Sequence record: SRR20825019_2198
Length of the DNA stretch: 64,000 nucleotides
Reading direction: 5' to 3' (one strand)
A program made the position numbers and the translations under genes. Below are positions 1 to 10,763 of the stretch, piece by piece (within the stretch, counting starts at the first letter, position 1; every line of letters starts with the position of its first letter). The notes under the pieces were generated by a model. That model had not been told where the DNA came from. It did no database searches and saw only the letters and a program-made list of their open reading frames with translations.

Positions 1-88
1 GAGAGCAAAATCAGCAAGTTCAAAAAGCGGGGCCGAGAAGGCGGCCAAGGACATCCGCCTAATCACCCGAGCACTTGCACAAGGCTGA
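1..88 (+). pseudogene. Remnant of the N-terminus of an IS3-family transposase OrfA (truncated; start lies just left of the window)
   Basis: Frame 2 reads RAKSASSKSGAEKAAKDIRLITRALAQG*. This resembles the alphaproteobacterial IS3-family OrfA start (..KS....AEK.VKDIRR.TR) and then stops. Confidence 0.5.
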
Positions 89-143
89 TCGCTACCCTGT
101 TTTATGCTGTCAGAAACCTAAGTCCAAGGTGGTACAAAACCAC

Positions 144-1403
144 TTATTCGGCTGATTGGTATTCAAGCTCAACGGCAAACGTGCTGCCGGTGGTGTATGC
201 CTCCACCCGCCAGCCCAAAACATCACAGATGCGCCGCACCAGATAAAGCCCCTGCCCGAGCCCGTTGCTGTGGCTGCCCTTGCTGTTACTCAAGAGCGGG
301 TCACTGGGAAGTGGTTCGCTCACCGGGTTCTGGAAAATGATCTTATGGTCATCCGCGAATATTGTGAGGGACGGGGCCGAGCCATGCGTGACAGCATTGG
401 TGAGGAGGTTGTTGAGCAGAAGGGTCAAAAGGTTGCGGTTTGCCCGAACCTGCAACGTGGCCGGAATATCGATACTCAGGTCAAAATTGTCGCTCGTCGC
501 CAAGTCCGGGTGGCGGATTACACTGCTTTCCAGCAGGTTCAGGAACACCACGGGTTCCATCATCTGGCTTTCTTCCCGCGCAAGGGCCAGGAGCGTATCG
601 ATGGTTTGCTCAAGCTCCTGCACGGCAGTTGATAGCTGCACGGCCTGCTTGGTGCTCAGCACCGTCTCGCCATTCGTTTGCTGCACTAGGTTTTTCAAAA
701 TGGTTGTGGGCGTTCTAAGCTCGTGGCTCACATCGCGGGTAAAGTCAGATTCCCGCTTGAGCATGGCCTTGATATGGAGAAGGCTGTGCTCGATCTCATG
801 CGCCAGATAGCCGATCTCATTCTCCGGGAAAGCGGCGGCAAAACCCGGCTCAACCTTGTCTAGATCAATAGCCTCCACCTTTTCCTTCAGCGCCACCAGC
901 GGCTTGGATGCAGCACTTGCCAAAGGCCATGCGATCAGGAGCGCGAGCGCCAGAAAAAGCGCCAAAATGCCCACAAGCGTGAGCGTAACGTAGGGCAGAT
1001 ATTCGCCGCCAACTTCAAAGGCACTGACATCTGCAACCAAAATCCGGACGTCATCCCCCAGCGTGATTGGATGCAAATGGAGCGTGCCTCCGTCGCTGCC
1101 CGTAAATTCAATACGTGCCGGGTCTTTTAAATGTTGCTGGTACATATCACCGGGCAAGGCAGCCCAGCTTTCATACAAGGCGAGGAAAGGCGCACGAGGT
1201 GCCACTATGTCGCCATTGGCTTTAAACTGAGTGGCAATGTAATACGCTTCATTGGAGACGATTTTGTTGAAAACATTGTCTTCCACCATCCAGGAATAGG
1301 CGAGAAGAAACAGGCTGTAGCAAAGACAGGTGAACAGCGTAAAAGCGGCAAAAAGCAGGTAAATGCGCCCTCTGATGCTATGTTTTTGTGTCACTGCCTG
1401 CAT
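144..1403 (-). CDS. Two-component sensor histidine kinase (HAMP-HisKA-HATPase)
   Basis: Two TM segments, H-box FTRDVSHELRTP, N-box LLNNLLTNA, G2 GLGQGL. ATG at 1403 overlaps the response regulator stop. Confidence 0.92.
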   Translation of the reverse strand: MQAVTQKHSIRGRIYLLFAAFTLFTCLCYSLFLLAYSWMVEDNVFNKIVSNEAYYIATQFKANGDIVAPRAPFLALYESWAALPGDMYQQHLKDPARIEFTGSDGGTLHLHPITLGDDVRILVADVSAFEVGGEYLPYVTLTLVGILALFLALALLIAWPLASAASKPLVALKEKVEAIDLDKVEPGFAAAFPENEIGYLAHEIEHSLLHIKAMLKRESDFTRDVSHELRTPTTILKNLVQQTNGETVLSTKQAVQLSTAVQELEQTIDTLLALAREESQMMEPVVFLNLLESSVIRHPDLATSDNFDLSIDIPATLQVRANRNLLTLLLNNLLTNAVTHGSAPSLTIFADDHKIIFQNPVSEPLPSDPLLSNSKGSHSNGLGQGLYLVRRICDVLGWRVEAYTTGSTFAVELEYQSAE

Positions 1404-2073
1404 CCAGTTTAAAACCAACCCCGTGAATGGTTTTGATCATAGCGTGATCAAACGCCTTATCGACAGCTTTCCTGAGCGTATAGATGTGCGAACGCAGGGC
1501 GTCACTGTCGGGGAAGTCGTCTCCCCACACTTTTGTCACCAGTTCATGACGGCTGACGGCGTTGGGATAAGCATCCGCCAAAGCCTTCAGGATGGCATAA
1601 TCTGTTGCACTCAGCTCAATGGGCTGGCCCATACGGCGAACCTGCCGCTGGCCCGTATCGATTACCAGATCACCGATCGTGAGGGTGGATGATTTATGCA
1701 ATTGATGCCTGCGCGCCAGGGCGCCGCACCGCATGGCAACCTCTGCCAGCTCAAACGGTTTGGTAAGATAGTCATCTGCTCCGGCTGCGAAGCCCAAACC
1801 CTTATCGGCAAGGCTGTCTCGCGCGGTGAGCATGAGAACGGGCATATTAACGCGGGCTTTTGCCTTCAACTGAGCGCAGAGGTCCACACCGTCTGCGTCT
1901 GGCAGCATCAGGTCAAGCACCACCACGTCAAAATCATGGTCATCAACAAGCGCAAGCGCGCGGCGTCCTGTGTCGGCATAATCCACCACAAACTGCCGTT
2001 CGCTGAGATAGTCATACAGCTGTTCGGCAATGGCGTGATTATCTTCAACAATCAGGACGCGCGTGTGGCTCAT
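1378..2073 (-). CDS. OmpR/PhoB-family response regulator
   Basis: VLIVEDN, VLDLMLP, LTARD, GADDYLTKPF and C-terminal wHTH (IKTIHGVGF). Likely start MSHTRV at 2073. Confidence 0.95.
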   Translation of the reverse strand: MSHTRVLIVEDNHAIAEQLYDYLSERQFVVDYADTGRRALALVDDHDFDVVVLDLMLPDADGVDLCAQLKAKARVNMPVLMLTARDSLADKGLGFAAGADDYLTKPFELAEVAMRCGALARRHQLHKSSTLTIGDLVIDTGQRQVRRMGQPIELSATDYAILKALADAYPNAVSRHELVTKVWGDDFPDSDALRSHIYTLRKAVDKAFDHAMIKTIHGVGFKLDAGSDTKT

Positions 2074-2110
2074 GGTTTTCCTTATCTGCAGTGGCCCCAT
2101 CAACAGGCCC

Positions 2111-2135
2111 AAAAAACGGGGGCCCGAAGGCCCCT
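2111..2135 (-). terminator. Intrinsic terminator-like hairpin after the S41 peptidase gene
   Basis: Minus strand GGGGCC-TTCG-GGCCCC followed by CGTTTTTT. Confidence 0.6.
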
Positions 2136-2139
2136 CATG

Positions 2140-3543
2140 TCATCGGCTTTCGTCTATCAGCGCAAGTGCTTTCTCAAGCTCTACGTCCCGGCCATCACGC
2201 AGCGTTACCTGGGTGGCGTGCACGCTATGGTCCGGCTTTACCCCACCGGGCGCAAGCGAGCCACTTGGGCGCACCAGCATGCGGGTTGTAATGTAGGCCC
2301 TCAACTGGGAGTGCGGTAGGTTAAAAAGGTTCCCCTGCGCTGTCTGGTTGGCGTTGCCGCCGGTTTCCTGCCCGATGAGTGTGGCGAAGCCAAAATCTTT
2401 CACCGTTGAGGCAAACACAATACCGGAGGAATAAGTGATCGGGCTGATAAGCACATAAGTGCTGCCACGCCAGCGTTTTGTGTCGCCCACGGGGTCGATC
2501 CAGTCGTCCCATGCGGTATCGATGACTTCACCAACCTCGCCCTTATAGTTCATGAAGCCGCGGTTATCGTGGTTCAATTTCTCCCGCATGCGGGAGATCA
2601 TACGGAAAGGCTTGTCGGCAATATAGCGCGCAAGATACATCGCCGTATCTGTGTTGCCGCCGGTGTTCTCACGCACATCGATTATAAGCGATGACGCACC
2701 CGCTTTTTGGAAAGCTGTAAAAGCTTCATCGGTAAAGTTCTCAAACCAGTCGGGGTCGATATCAAAATGCCCGATATGCAGGAAAGCGGTACCGTCCGGC
2801 AGCATGCGATAGGAGAAAGCCTGACCATTTTCCCCAGCCCCGCCTTTTACCTGCCAGTCTTGCGTGTTGGTGATGGTCTGCGAGACGGTATTCGCCCCCG
2901 TTTCAAGCTCCAGCGAAAAATCACCCGCAATGCCGTAAACAGCCCAGAGATAGATAGGGAACCGCCCCGCAACAAATTGCTTGCGCAGATATTCCGTTTC
3001 ACCGCCCACATAGCGCTGCATGGTATTGATCAACTGATCAGCCGGAATGCCGTTAATCGAGGCGATACGGCTGCCCGCAGCAATATGCACACCCTTGGCA
3101 TCGCTCTGCCCTTCCTTGATCAGAAGTTGGTCTTTCTGGTCGATATGAACCAAGAAGGGGAAGGGTTTGGTGCCTGCTTCCCGAAGCGCTTCATATTCCT
3201 GATAGGGCCAGATAAGCATGGAGTGACCATCGCCGAACTTATGGGTCAATTGCCCCACGTGGCGGAAAAACTCAAGCCGGGTGAGAGGCTCGCTGATACC
3301 CGCCTTGATCTCAGCCACCGCGGCCTTCAGCGCGGCCTGATCAGCATAATCCGCAAGGCTTGGGTGGCGTTCAAGCGCCCCATAATAGAAAGCGTCAACA
3401 TCCTCGCGCATCTTGTCAACCGCCAGCTTTTCGCTAACAAGCTTCGGGTCTTCAAGCGGGGGGAAAATATCCAGGTGAGGGTCTGAGCATGCACTCAGAA
3501 AGCATGCAAAAACCATGATATAAAGTGAGTTCATCCGTGCCAT
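2140..3543 (-). CDS. S41-family peptidase, lipoprotein
   Basis: Lipobox FLSAC, IIDVRENTGGN, TYSS, LIGQETGG, GVKPD. Start MARMNS at 3543 follows an AAGGA RBS. Confidence 0.85.
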   Translation of the reverse strand: MARMNSLYIMVFACFLSACSDPHLDIFPPLEDPKLVSEKLAVDKMREDVDAFYYGALERHPSLADYADQAALKAAVAEIKAGISEPLTRLEFFRHVGQLTHKFGDGHSMLIWPYQEYEALREAGTKPFPFLVHIDQKDQLLIKEGQSDAKGVHIAAGSRIASINGIPADQLINTMQRYVGGETEYLRKQFVAGRFPIYLWAVYGIAGDFSLELETGANTVSQTITNTQDWQVKGGAGENGQAFSYRMLPDGTAFLHIGHFDIDPDWFENFTDEAFTAFQKAGASSLIIDVRENTGGNTDTAMYLARYIADKPFRMISRMREKLNHDNRGFMNYKGEVGEVIDTAWDDWIDPVGDTKRWRGSTYVLISPITYSSGIVFASTVKDFGFATLIGQETGGNANQTAQGNLFNLPHSQLRAYITTRMLVRPSGSLAPGGVKPDHSVHATQVTLRDGRDVELEKALALIDESR

Positions 3544-4020
3544 CGTTGGTTCCTTCTTATTGATTTGGCAGGAGCCTAACGCGGGCGATGTGAAGCTTTT
3601 GTCAAGGCAGGCATATAGCCCACCGATGAAAGGCATCAGGAACCACAAGGTATTGACGTTGCCTGTTGTCGCCTCAAGCATCAACAAACTTATCGGCTTT
3701 CATAAGCCTAATCACATGGGTGTTGACCAGATTAGACCAAGGGTCGCCGATGGCGGCACCCTCCTCTGCATCAACGCTCTCAATGTATAGCCGACGTTGG
3801 CTAAGCCTGCACTAATTCATCGCTGTACAAGAAGGGTATCATTCAAAGAGGGCGTAGCGCCTGGCATAGCTTAGCCCTCCATTGCCCATTTATCAGCGGA
3901 TGACTATAGCTCAACTCTGACTATGATACTTTCTAGGTACTTATTGCCCAGAATTCCTGGGCGAACTGACATCCCCATCACTCAGGACAGTTGTTTCGGT
4001 CTCTTGACTAACAATAGAAC

Positions 4021-4782
4021 TCACTCTGCACCTCCCCAATTTACACGACAGTTCTTGGCCACAAAATACAGTGATAGATTGTATTCTGCTCTATAGATGT
4101 AGTGTATGCAGGTGGCGCAAAAATACAGTGCCCCCAGATGGATAATAGAGAACCCCGATGCTCCGTAAGTCAGGCCCCAAAAAGCCAGCAACCCAGGAAA
4201 CACGAACACAAGACTTTTTACCGCTATGGCCGAAGGAAGATTGACGTCCAGCAAACCAAATTTATATGCAAACTCTAATGGACCGACCTTCGACCTAGCC
4301 CTCATACCTCGAGCGGAGTAGGCGGTAAATGCAAACGAACAACTCATGAGCATTAAAAAGAACATATAGTAGAACTTGAAAATGTTCGGCAGCTCCAGTT
4401 CCAAAATTAAATAGATAACGGTGGGAGCAACTGAGACCAGGAAGGTAATAGCGTAAGTTAGAAAAGGCCTGTCCCGACGGCATACCTCTAGAAAATTCTC
4501 ACCTACATGAGCCCTATTATCGGTTGTAACCGCTAAGTAAATAGCTGTTGATCGTGTATTTGAAATCCAAGAAGTTTTCCCTAAAATATAATCAAACAGG
4601 ACTGCCAGCGGCAAAGAAAGGAGCGCGTAGACATCCGCCTCTTGCGAGAGTAGGGCTACCAATATCAACAACAAAAACATATGTCGCCTGATACCCTTCA
4701 CCAGTTTCAGGTACCAAGGCTGCCACGAGCCATCCTTTACCCATGTGGGCACCCCATCAATCTTTTGAGCGCTACCAGCCAC
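4021..4782 (-). CDS. Hypothetical multi-pass membrane protein in an AT-richer islet
   Basis: 253-aa ORF with about 6 hydrophobic segments. Its GTG start overlaps the upstream small ORF stop. Confidence 0.6.
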   Translation of the reverse strand: MAGSAQKIDGVPTWVKDGSWQPWYLKLVKGIRRHMFLLLILVALLSQEADVYALLSLPLAVLFDYILGKTSWISNTRSTAIYLAVTTDNRAHVGENFLEVCRRDRPFLTYAITFLVSVAPTVIYLILELELPNIFKFYYMFFLMLMSCSFAFTAYSARGMRARSKVGPLEFAYKFGLLDVNLPSAIAVKSLVFVFPGLLAFWGLTYGASGFSIIHLGALYFCATCIHYIYRAEYNLSLYFVAKNCRVNWGGAE

Positions 4783-4934
4783 TAGTCGCCTCCCAACTCA
4801 ATGACCGACTTCTCGCCTGTTTGCGGGTCGGTTTTGTGCATCTTGAGGCTTTTGCCTTTAAGGACACCGGTGATCAGATCTGAAAGGCAGACCTGTGCCA
4901 GCGTGCTTTTAACAGCTTCGATATTGCTACGCAT
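4782..4934 (-). CDS. Small hypothetical protein (50 aa) or gene remnant
   Basis: MRSNIEAVK...IELGGD; stop overlaps the next start (TAGTG). Confidence 0.35.
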   Translation of the reverse strand: MRSNIEAVKSTLAQVCLSDLITGVLKGKSLKMHKTDPQTGEKSVIELGGD

Positions 4935-5172
4935 GTTCGTTGTTTCCCGCCCCCCAAAACCTGAGCACAACACTATGAGTTGTGCTCAGCCCAAGTCAAG
5001 CGAGCAGGATTTGGTACCCTAAAGGCCAATCCTATGCCTTTTCGGTACTCGGCAGGTAATCCGCGACAGACCCATCAAAAGTTGGGTTTCCTTGCGGCAA
5101 GACCATACCTATAGTGCGGTAACGCAAAATCTCAGCCTTCATAAAAAGACGGCGATAAACGGCGAGGCTCGC

Positions 5173-7260
5173 ATGAGGAAACAACCGCACACAGCATGGG
5201 GTGCAGTGCCCCGGCACAGGTGCAGCGAAGACAGGCGCGCAAGGATTGGGCGAAGTTTCCGCGCAGCGTTGAACGCGGGCGCCCTCACCACCGGCATGCT
5301 GGCTGGCTCTCTCACTTGTGCAGCCGCTGCGGAGGATGTCGCGCCGGGCAGCGTTGAGGAAATCAGCGTTACTGCCGTCAGAAGCGAAGACCGCGCGCTT
5401 CAGCCCGCCCAGTCCCTGAATGAGCAGGATATTGAGAGCAGGCTACCCACTGATTTTACCGAGGTGTTCCGCGCTGTGATGGGCGTAGGCATTCGCACCA
5501 ACTCTCGCGGGGAAGCCGTGCTCAGGCTGCGCGGGTCTGAGGAGCGCCAGTCACAAATATTCATTGACGGTGCCCCCATCAGCGTGCCGTGGGACGGCCG
5601 CGCCGACCTCTCCCTCTTCCCCGCAAGTTTCATCAGAAACGTCAGCATCATCAAAAGCGCGGCACCCATTGAATACGGCGCCAATGCCGTACTTGGGGTG
5701 GTGGATATCTCCACCTTCGAGACGAGCGAAACTTTCAAGCTGAACGCCCGAAGCGAGGTGGGCAGCCATAATTCCTATCTGGTTGAGGGCGAAGTTTTTG
5801 TGCCCATCGGCGAGGTAGACGTGCAACTGGGGGCCAACCATTTCAGCCGGGACGCTGTCAGCGTCGCGAGCCGGGAGCCAATCCCCTATGACCCGCTTAC
5901 TGGCGACGGGCGAACCAACACGGACCTTGAGAGCACCAGCTTTTTTGCCGCCGCCGCTCTTGAACGGGAGTGGGGCACCCTCCGTGTCACGGCCATGGAT
6001 ATCGATGCTGATAAAGGCATTGCTGCCGCCGCCCATATTGACCCCGCAGAGGGCAACCCGCGCTTCTGGCGCTACCCCAACTGGCATATGACCCAACTGG
6101 GCCTGGCCGGGGATATCGCGCTCAGTGAGACAACCGGCCTGCGCATCAATGCCTGGCACCAACGCTTTGAGCAAAAGATCGTCTCCTACAGTGATGTCAC
6201 CTACAGCACGGCAGAGGACCGGCAGGATGACCGGGACCGTACCTATGGCGGGCGGCTGGTACTCTCGCACGACTGGCAAAGCCTGACCACACGCCTTGTG
6301 ACCTCCCTGCAGGAAAGCACGCACACACAAACGGAGACCGACCTCACGGCAAACACCAACAGCGTGCCGGAGCAGTTCCGCCAGCGGCTCATCAGCATCG
6401 GCGGTGAGGTGGATATCCCCCTTGGTAGCAGGGTGAAAAGCTCATTCTCGCTGGCGTATGACCGCGCTTCCACACCGCTTACCGGCGGGCGGCCAGTTCA
6501 GGCTGCCATCTCAAACTGGGCTGCAAGTGGTGCGACCGAATGGCAGGCATCAAACGAGCTGACGATCACCGCCACACTAGGCCAGCGCACACGCTTCCCC
6601 ACCATGCGGGAGCTGTACGGCAACGCGCTTGGCCGGTTCCTTTTGAACCCTGACCTCAAACCCGAAACCGCGCTTGTGGGCGACCTTACCTTCGCATGGG
6701 CACCCGCCACGTTACCGCTTGAGCTGACACTTACCCCGTGGTTCACCCGCATTGACGACACGCTTTCGCAGCGTAACGTGACGGTGGACGGTGTCTCGCG
6801 CAGGCAGCGCTACAATCTGGACGGCTCAAACGGATACGGCATTGAGGCCGGGGCAAGCTGGCAGACCTCTAGTGCTGTCACCTTTGAAGCCAATGCTTTC
6901 TGGCAGGAGTTGAAGGCTGACAGGCTTGATGACGGCACCCGCCCTACCCTTTACCAGCGGCCCAAGGGCCAACTGCTGTTGGCCGCCAACTATGGCTTTG
7001 CAAACGGCGGCAATGTGCGGGCAGAGATGAACCATCTGAGCCATGCCTTTGATGAAAATGAAGACGGCACGGTTGCAAGACTTAGTGGCTCAACCGAGTT
7101 CAATGTCAAATTTTATATGCCGGTCAAAATGACCACTTACGGCATCTGGCAGGTCTATGGCGCCCTCAATAATATCACCAATGCTGTAGTGCTTCCCCAG
7201 CTTGGCCTGCCGGACGCGGGCCGCACATTCAAACTGGGCCTTCGCCTCGTGAGCGACTGA
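5173..7260 (+). CDS. TonB-dependent receptor
   Basis: TonB box EEISVTA, plug motifs LRLRG/IFIDGAPI/YGANAVLGVV, NPDLKPET, NNITN. Start uncertain. Confidence 0.9.
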   Translation: MRKQPHTAWGAVPRHRCSEDRRARIGRSFRAALNAGALTTGMLAGSLTCAAAAEDVAPGSVEEISVTAVRSEDRALQPAQSLNEQDIESRLPTDFTEVFRAVMGVGIRTNSRGEAVLRLRGSEERQSQIFIDGAPISVPWDGRADLSLFPASFIRNVSIIKSAAPIEYGANAVLGVVDISTFETSETFKLNARSEVGSHNSYLVEGEVFVPIGEVDVQLGANHFSRDAVSVASREPIPYDPLTGDGRTNTDLESTSFFAAAALEREWGTLRVTAMDIDADKGIAAAAHIDPAEGNPRFWRYPNWHMTQLGLAGDIALSETTGLRINAWHQRFEQKIVSYSDVTYSTAEDRQDDRDRTYGGRLVLSHDWQSLTTRLVTSLQESTHTQTETDLTANTNSVPEQFRQRLISIGGEVDIPLGSRVKSSFSLAYDRASTPLTGGRPVQAAISNWAASGATEWQASNELTITATLGQRTRFPTMRELYGNALGRFLLNPDLKPETALVGDLTFAWAPATLPLELTLTPWFTRIDDTLSQRNVTVDGVSRRQRYNLDGSNGYGIEAGASWQTSSAVTFEANAFWQELKADRLDDGTRPTLYQRPKGQLLLAANYGFANGGNVRAEMNHLSHAFDENEDGTVARLSGSTEFNVKFYMPVKMTTYGIWQVYGALNNITNAVVLPQLGLPDAGRTFKLGLRLVSD

Positions 7261-7451
7261 CCACATAAGCACCTCGCGAATATGTGAAGTGCAGATGAAC
7301 TAAAAAATGCCAACATAGCGCCCGGTTCGGGAGCGCCATCTAGGTATTGAGTAACGTGTGAGATTTGTCTGACCATAGACAATCAAAGGGCGTTGGGGGG
7401 ACATCTTCCAACAGAGAATTGAAGAGAACCGATACAAACGGGGGGACACCT

Positions 7452-10400
7452 ATGAAAATCGGGATAAATATTGCACTTGCAATGATGCTCGCTGCCACAC
7501 CGGCGATGGGCGCAGACGACGCAGAACAGAAACCACAGAAACCAATGTCAGCCAAGACATTCGATGGCCTCAAGGTCAGGAATATTGGCCCGGGCTATAT
7601 GTCTGGCCGGGTGGCGGACATCGCAGTTGATCAAACCGCGCCAAACACATGGTATGTGGGCATTGGCTCAGGCGGTGTGTGGAAAACCGTAAATGCGGGC
7701 ACCACATGGACACCAATTTTTGACAAACAGGACGTCTATTCAATCGGCGATGTCACAATCGATCCAAGCAACCCGAACATCATCTGGGTGGGCACGGGCG
7801 AAAACAACGCGGGCCGCCATATCGCGTTTGGCGACGGTGTTTATAAGTCGCTTGATGGTGGCAAGACATGGAAGAACATGGGTCTCACCAAATCTGAGCA
7901 CATTGGTGACATCATTGTGCACCCCACCGATTCGAACACCGTCTGGGTATCGGCGCAGGGGCCTTTGTGGTCAAAGGGTGGCGAACGCGGCCTCTATAAG
8001 ACCACAGACGGCGGCAAAACATGGCGCAATGTGCTTGAGGGTGATGAATGGACCGGGGTTGGCTCTGTAGCCATCGACCCTCAAAACCCGGACAAGCTTT
8101 ATGCCGCCACATGGCAGCGCCAGCGCACCGTTGCAGCCCTTGTGAACACGGGGCCAGGTTCCGCGCTTCATACATCTGATGACGGCGGCGAAACATGGGT
8201 GAAACTGAAAAACGGCCTGCCCAAGGAAAACATGGGCAAATCCAGCATCGCTGTGTCACCGATCGATCCGAACGTAGTGTATGCCGCCATTGAGCTTGAC
8301 GAGCGCAAGGGCGGTTTCTGGCGGTCTTCCGACAAAGGCGCAAGCTGGGAGAAAATGTCAGACAAGGTCGCGGGCGGCACCGGGCCTCACTACTATCAGG
8401 AAATTTTCGCGGACCCTGACACGTTCGACATGATCTATATGTCCAACAATGCGAGCGCTGTCTCCAAGGATGGCGGCAAGACATGGGAGACCATGAACCT
8501 GAAGAACCGCCACGTGGATGACCACGCTTTTGCCTTCCACCCCACAGACCCTGATTTCATTCTCGTGGGCTCTGACGGCGGGCTTTATGAAAGCCGGGAC
8601 GACATGGCAACATGGCGCTTCATGCAGGGCATCCCGGTTACGCAGTTCTACAAGATCGCAGCCGACGACGACCTGCCCTTCTATAATGTTTACGGCGGCA
8701 CACAGGACAACTCCACGCAGGGCGGCCCAAGCCGCACCATGCGCGCAGACGGCATCAAGAACTCAGACTGGTTCCTGATCCTGGGCGCAGACGGCCACCA
8801 GCCAGCAACAGAACCCGGCAATCCGGATATTGTCTACGGCCAATGGCAAAAAGGCAGCCTTTCCCGGCATGACCGCAGGCTGCGCGAAAGCACTTACATC
8901 CAGCCCCAGGGCAAACCGGGTGATCCGGCCGAACGCTTCAACTGGGATGCGCCGATCAACGTATCGCACCACGACCCGAAGCGGCTTTATCATGCGTCAC
9001 AGCGCCTGTGGCGGTCAGACGACCGCGGCGATAGCTGGACGCCGATATCGGGCGACCTGACAAGGAACGGCAACCGGCTGCATATGCCGATGATGGACCG
9101 CACCTGGAGCCGCGAGGCAGGCTGGGACCTGTACGCCATGTCTGACTATCACACCATCGCAAACGTGGCAGAAAGCCCGGTTGACGAGAACATCCTTTAT
9201 GTGGGCACGGATGACGGCCTCATTCAGGTCACCACCGATGGTGGCCAGAACTGGACCCGCTATGAGATCGGCAAAATCAAGGGTGTGCCAGAGCGTGCGT
9301 ATGTAAACGATATCCGCGCCGACCGTTTCGACGCCGATACGGTTTATGCTGCCCTCGATAACCACAAGGAAGGCGACTACAAGCCTTACCTGATCAAGAG
9401 TACCAACCGCGGCAAGTCGTGGCAGATGATCACCGGTGGCCTGGGGGAGAAAAACCTCGTCTGGCGTATCACACAAGACCATGTGAACAAGGACCTGATG
9501 TTCCTTGGTACCGAGTTTGGCCTGTATTTCACGGTTGATGGCGGTAAAGAATGGATTGAGCTGACAGGCGGTGTGCCAACCATCTCCTTCCGGGATGTCC
9601 GCATCCAGCGCCGGGAAAACGACCTTGTGGCTGGTAGCTTCGGTCGCGGCATCTTCATCCTTGATGACTATACTCCGCTACGGGGCCTCAATGCTGCAGC
9701 CCTTGAAAATGAAGCTCTGTTGTTCGCCGACCCGGAGACACTGCTTTATGTGGAAGATGAGCTTCACAGCGACAGCCAGGGTGACGACCAATGGGTCGCG
9801 GAAAACCCGCCTTATGGTGCAATGCTTACCTATTACCTGAAGGACAACTTCAAATCAGCCAAGGAACAGCGTGTCGAGGCCGACAAGAAAGCTGTCAAAG
9901 ATGGCAAGGGTGTATTGTTCCCTGCGTGGGATGTGCTTGAAGCCGAACGCCGGGAAGAAGAGCCTGCTGTGTTTGTTACCATTCGCGACGGGGCCGGCAA
10001 TGTTGTGCGGCATGTGGCTGCGGCAAACAAGAAAGGCGTGCACCGGGTTGCATGGGATCTTCATCACGCGATGAAAACAGCCATCACCAATGAACCACGG
10101 CCAAGCTGGATGGGCGAGCCTAAAGGTGTGAGGGCGCTGCCGGGACAATATACCGCCACGCTCAATGTTCGCCAAAATGGTGCTATCCGTGAACTGGTTG
10201 GTCCTGTCTCGTTCAATGTTAACGAGCATGTCAAGCCAACGCTGGCCGGCGCCACACCGCAGGAGGCGCAGGCATTCCAGCAACGGGTGATCAAGGCACA
10301 AGCTGCCGTAAAGGCTGCCAGCATCACCATTGGCGACCTGCAGGAGAAGCTGAGCGGCTACCGCACGGCGCTTGACCGCACAGCGGACAGAGCAGCCCTT

Positions 10401-10721
10401 GAGGCACAGTTCGCAGCCATCCGCGCTGAGCTGTTCAGCCTTGAGGAAGCGCTTGACGGCCAGCAGTCCCGTAACCAGATGGGCGCAGCGCCTGAGACCA
10501 TCTCAAGCCGGGTCAGCTTCGCCAAGTCCAGCAGTTCAACAAGCTATGGGCCAACGCCTCAAAGCCGGGAGCAGTTGGGTTATGCACTTGATGCCTTCAC
10601 CGGTGTGAAAGCGCAGCTTGAAACGCTGATGAACACCACCATCCCGGCGTTTGAACAAGCGCTTCTGGACGCTGGTGCGCCATGGGTACGCGGTGCTGGC
10701 ACGCTGCCGGACGCGAACTAA
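7452..10721 (+). CDS. Secreted VPS10/BNR(Asp-box)-repeat glycosyl hydrolase-like protein
   Basis: Signal peptide, RNIGPGYMSGRV, many S/T-x-D-G-G-x-T-W Asp-box repeats, C-terminal coiled region. Confidence 0.88.
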   Translation: MKIGINIALAMMLAATPAMGADDAEQKPQKPMSAKTFDGLKVRNIGPGYMSGRVADIAVDQTAPNTWYVGIGSGGVWKTVNAGTTWTPIFDKQDVYSIGDVTIDPSNPNIIWVGTGENNAGRHIAFGDGVYKSLDGGKTWKNMGLTKSEHIGDIIVHPTDSNTVWVSAQGPLWSKGGERGLYKTTDGGKTWRNVLEGDEWTGVGSVAIDPQNPDKLYAATWQRQRTVAALVNTGPGSALHTSDDGGETWVKLKNGLPKENMGKSSIAVSPIDPNVVYAAIELDERKGGFWRSSDKGASWEKMSDKVAGGTGPHYYQEIFADPDTFDMIYMSNNASAVSKDGGKTWETMNLKNRHVDDHAFAFHPTDPDFILVGSDGGLYESRDDMATWRFMQGIPVTQFYKIAADDDLPFYNVYGGTQDNSTQGGPSRTMRADGIKNSDWFLILGADGHQPATEPGNPDIVYGQWQKGSLSRHDRRLRESTYIQPQGKPGDPAERFNWDAPINVSHHDPKRLYHASQRLWRSDDRGDSWTPISGDLTRNGNRLHMPMMDRTWSREAGWDLYAMSDYHTIANVAESPVDENILYVGTDDGLIQVTTDGGQNWTRYEIGKIKGVPERAYVNDIRADRFDADTVYAALDNHKEGDYKPYLIKSTNRGKSWQMITGGLGEKNLVWRITQDHVNKDLMFLGTEFGLYFTVDGGKEWIELTGGVPTISFRDVRIQRRENDLVAGSFGRGIFILDDYTPLRGLNAAALENEALLFADPETLLYVEDELHSDSQGDDQWVAENPPYGAMLTYYLKDNFKSAKEQRVEADKKAVKDGKGVLFPAWDVLEAERREEEPAVFVTIRDGAGNVVRHVAAANKKGVHRVAWDLHHAMKTAITNEPRPSWMGEPKGVRALPGQYTATLNVRQNGAIRELVGPVSFNVNEHVKPTLAGATPQEAQAFQQRVIKAQAAVKAASITIGDLQEKLSGYRTALDRTADRAALEAQFAAIRAELFSLEEALDGQQSRNQMGAAPETISSRVSFAKSSSSTSYGPTPQSREQLGYALDAFTGVKAQLETLMNTTIPAFEQALLDAGAPWVRGAGTLPDAN

Positions 10722-10763
10722 AACGTCGCTTGGTCGAGCCAGATAGCGGCTCAGAAAAACAAA

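Noticed and set aside
7600-9600. Recurring GACGGCGGCAARACATGG-like repeats as a possible CRISPR array
   Set aside because: They are coding Asp-box repeats, irregularly spaced and degenerate at wobble positions.
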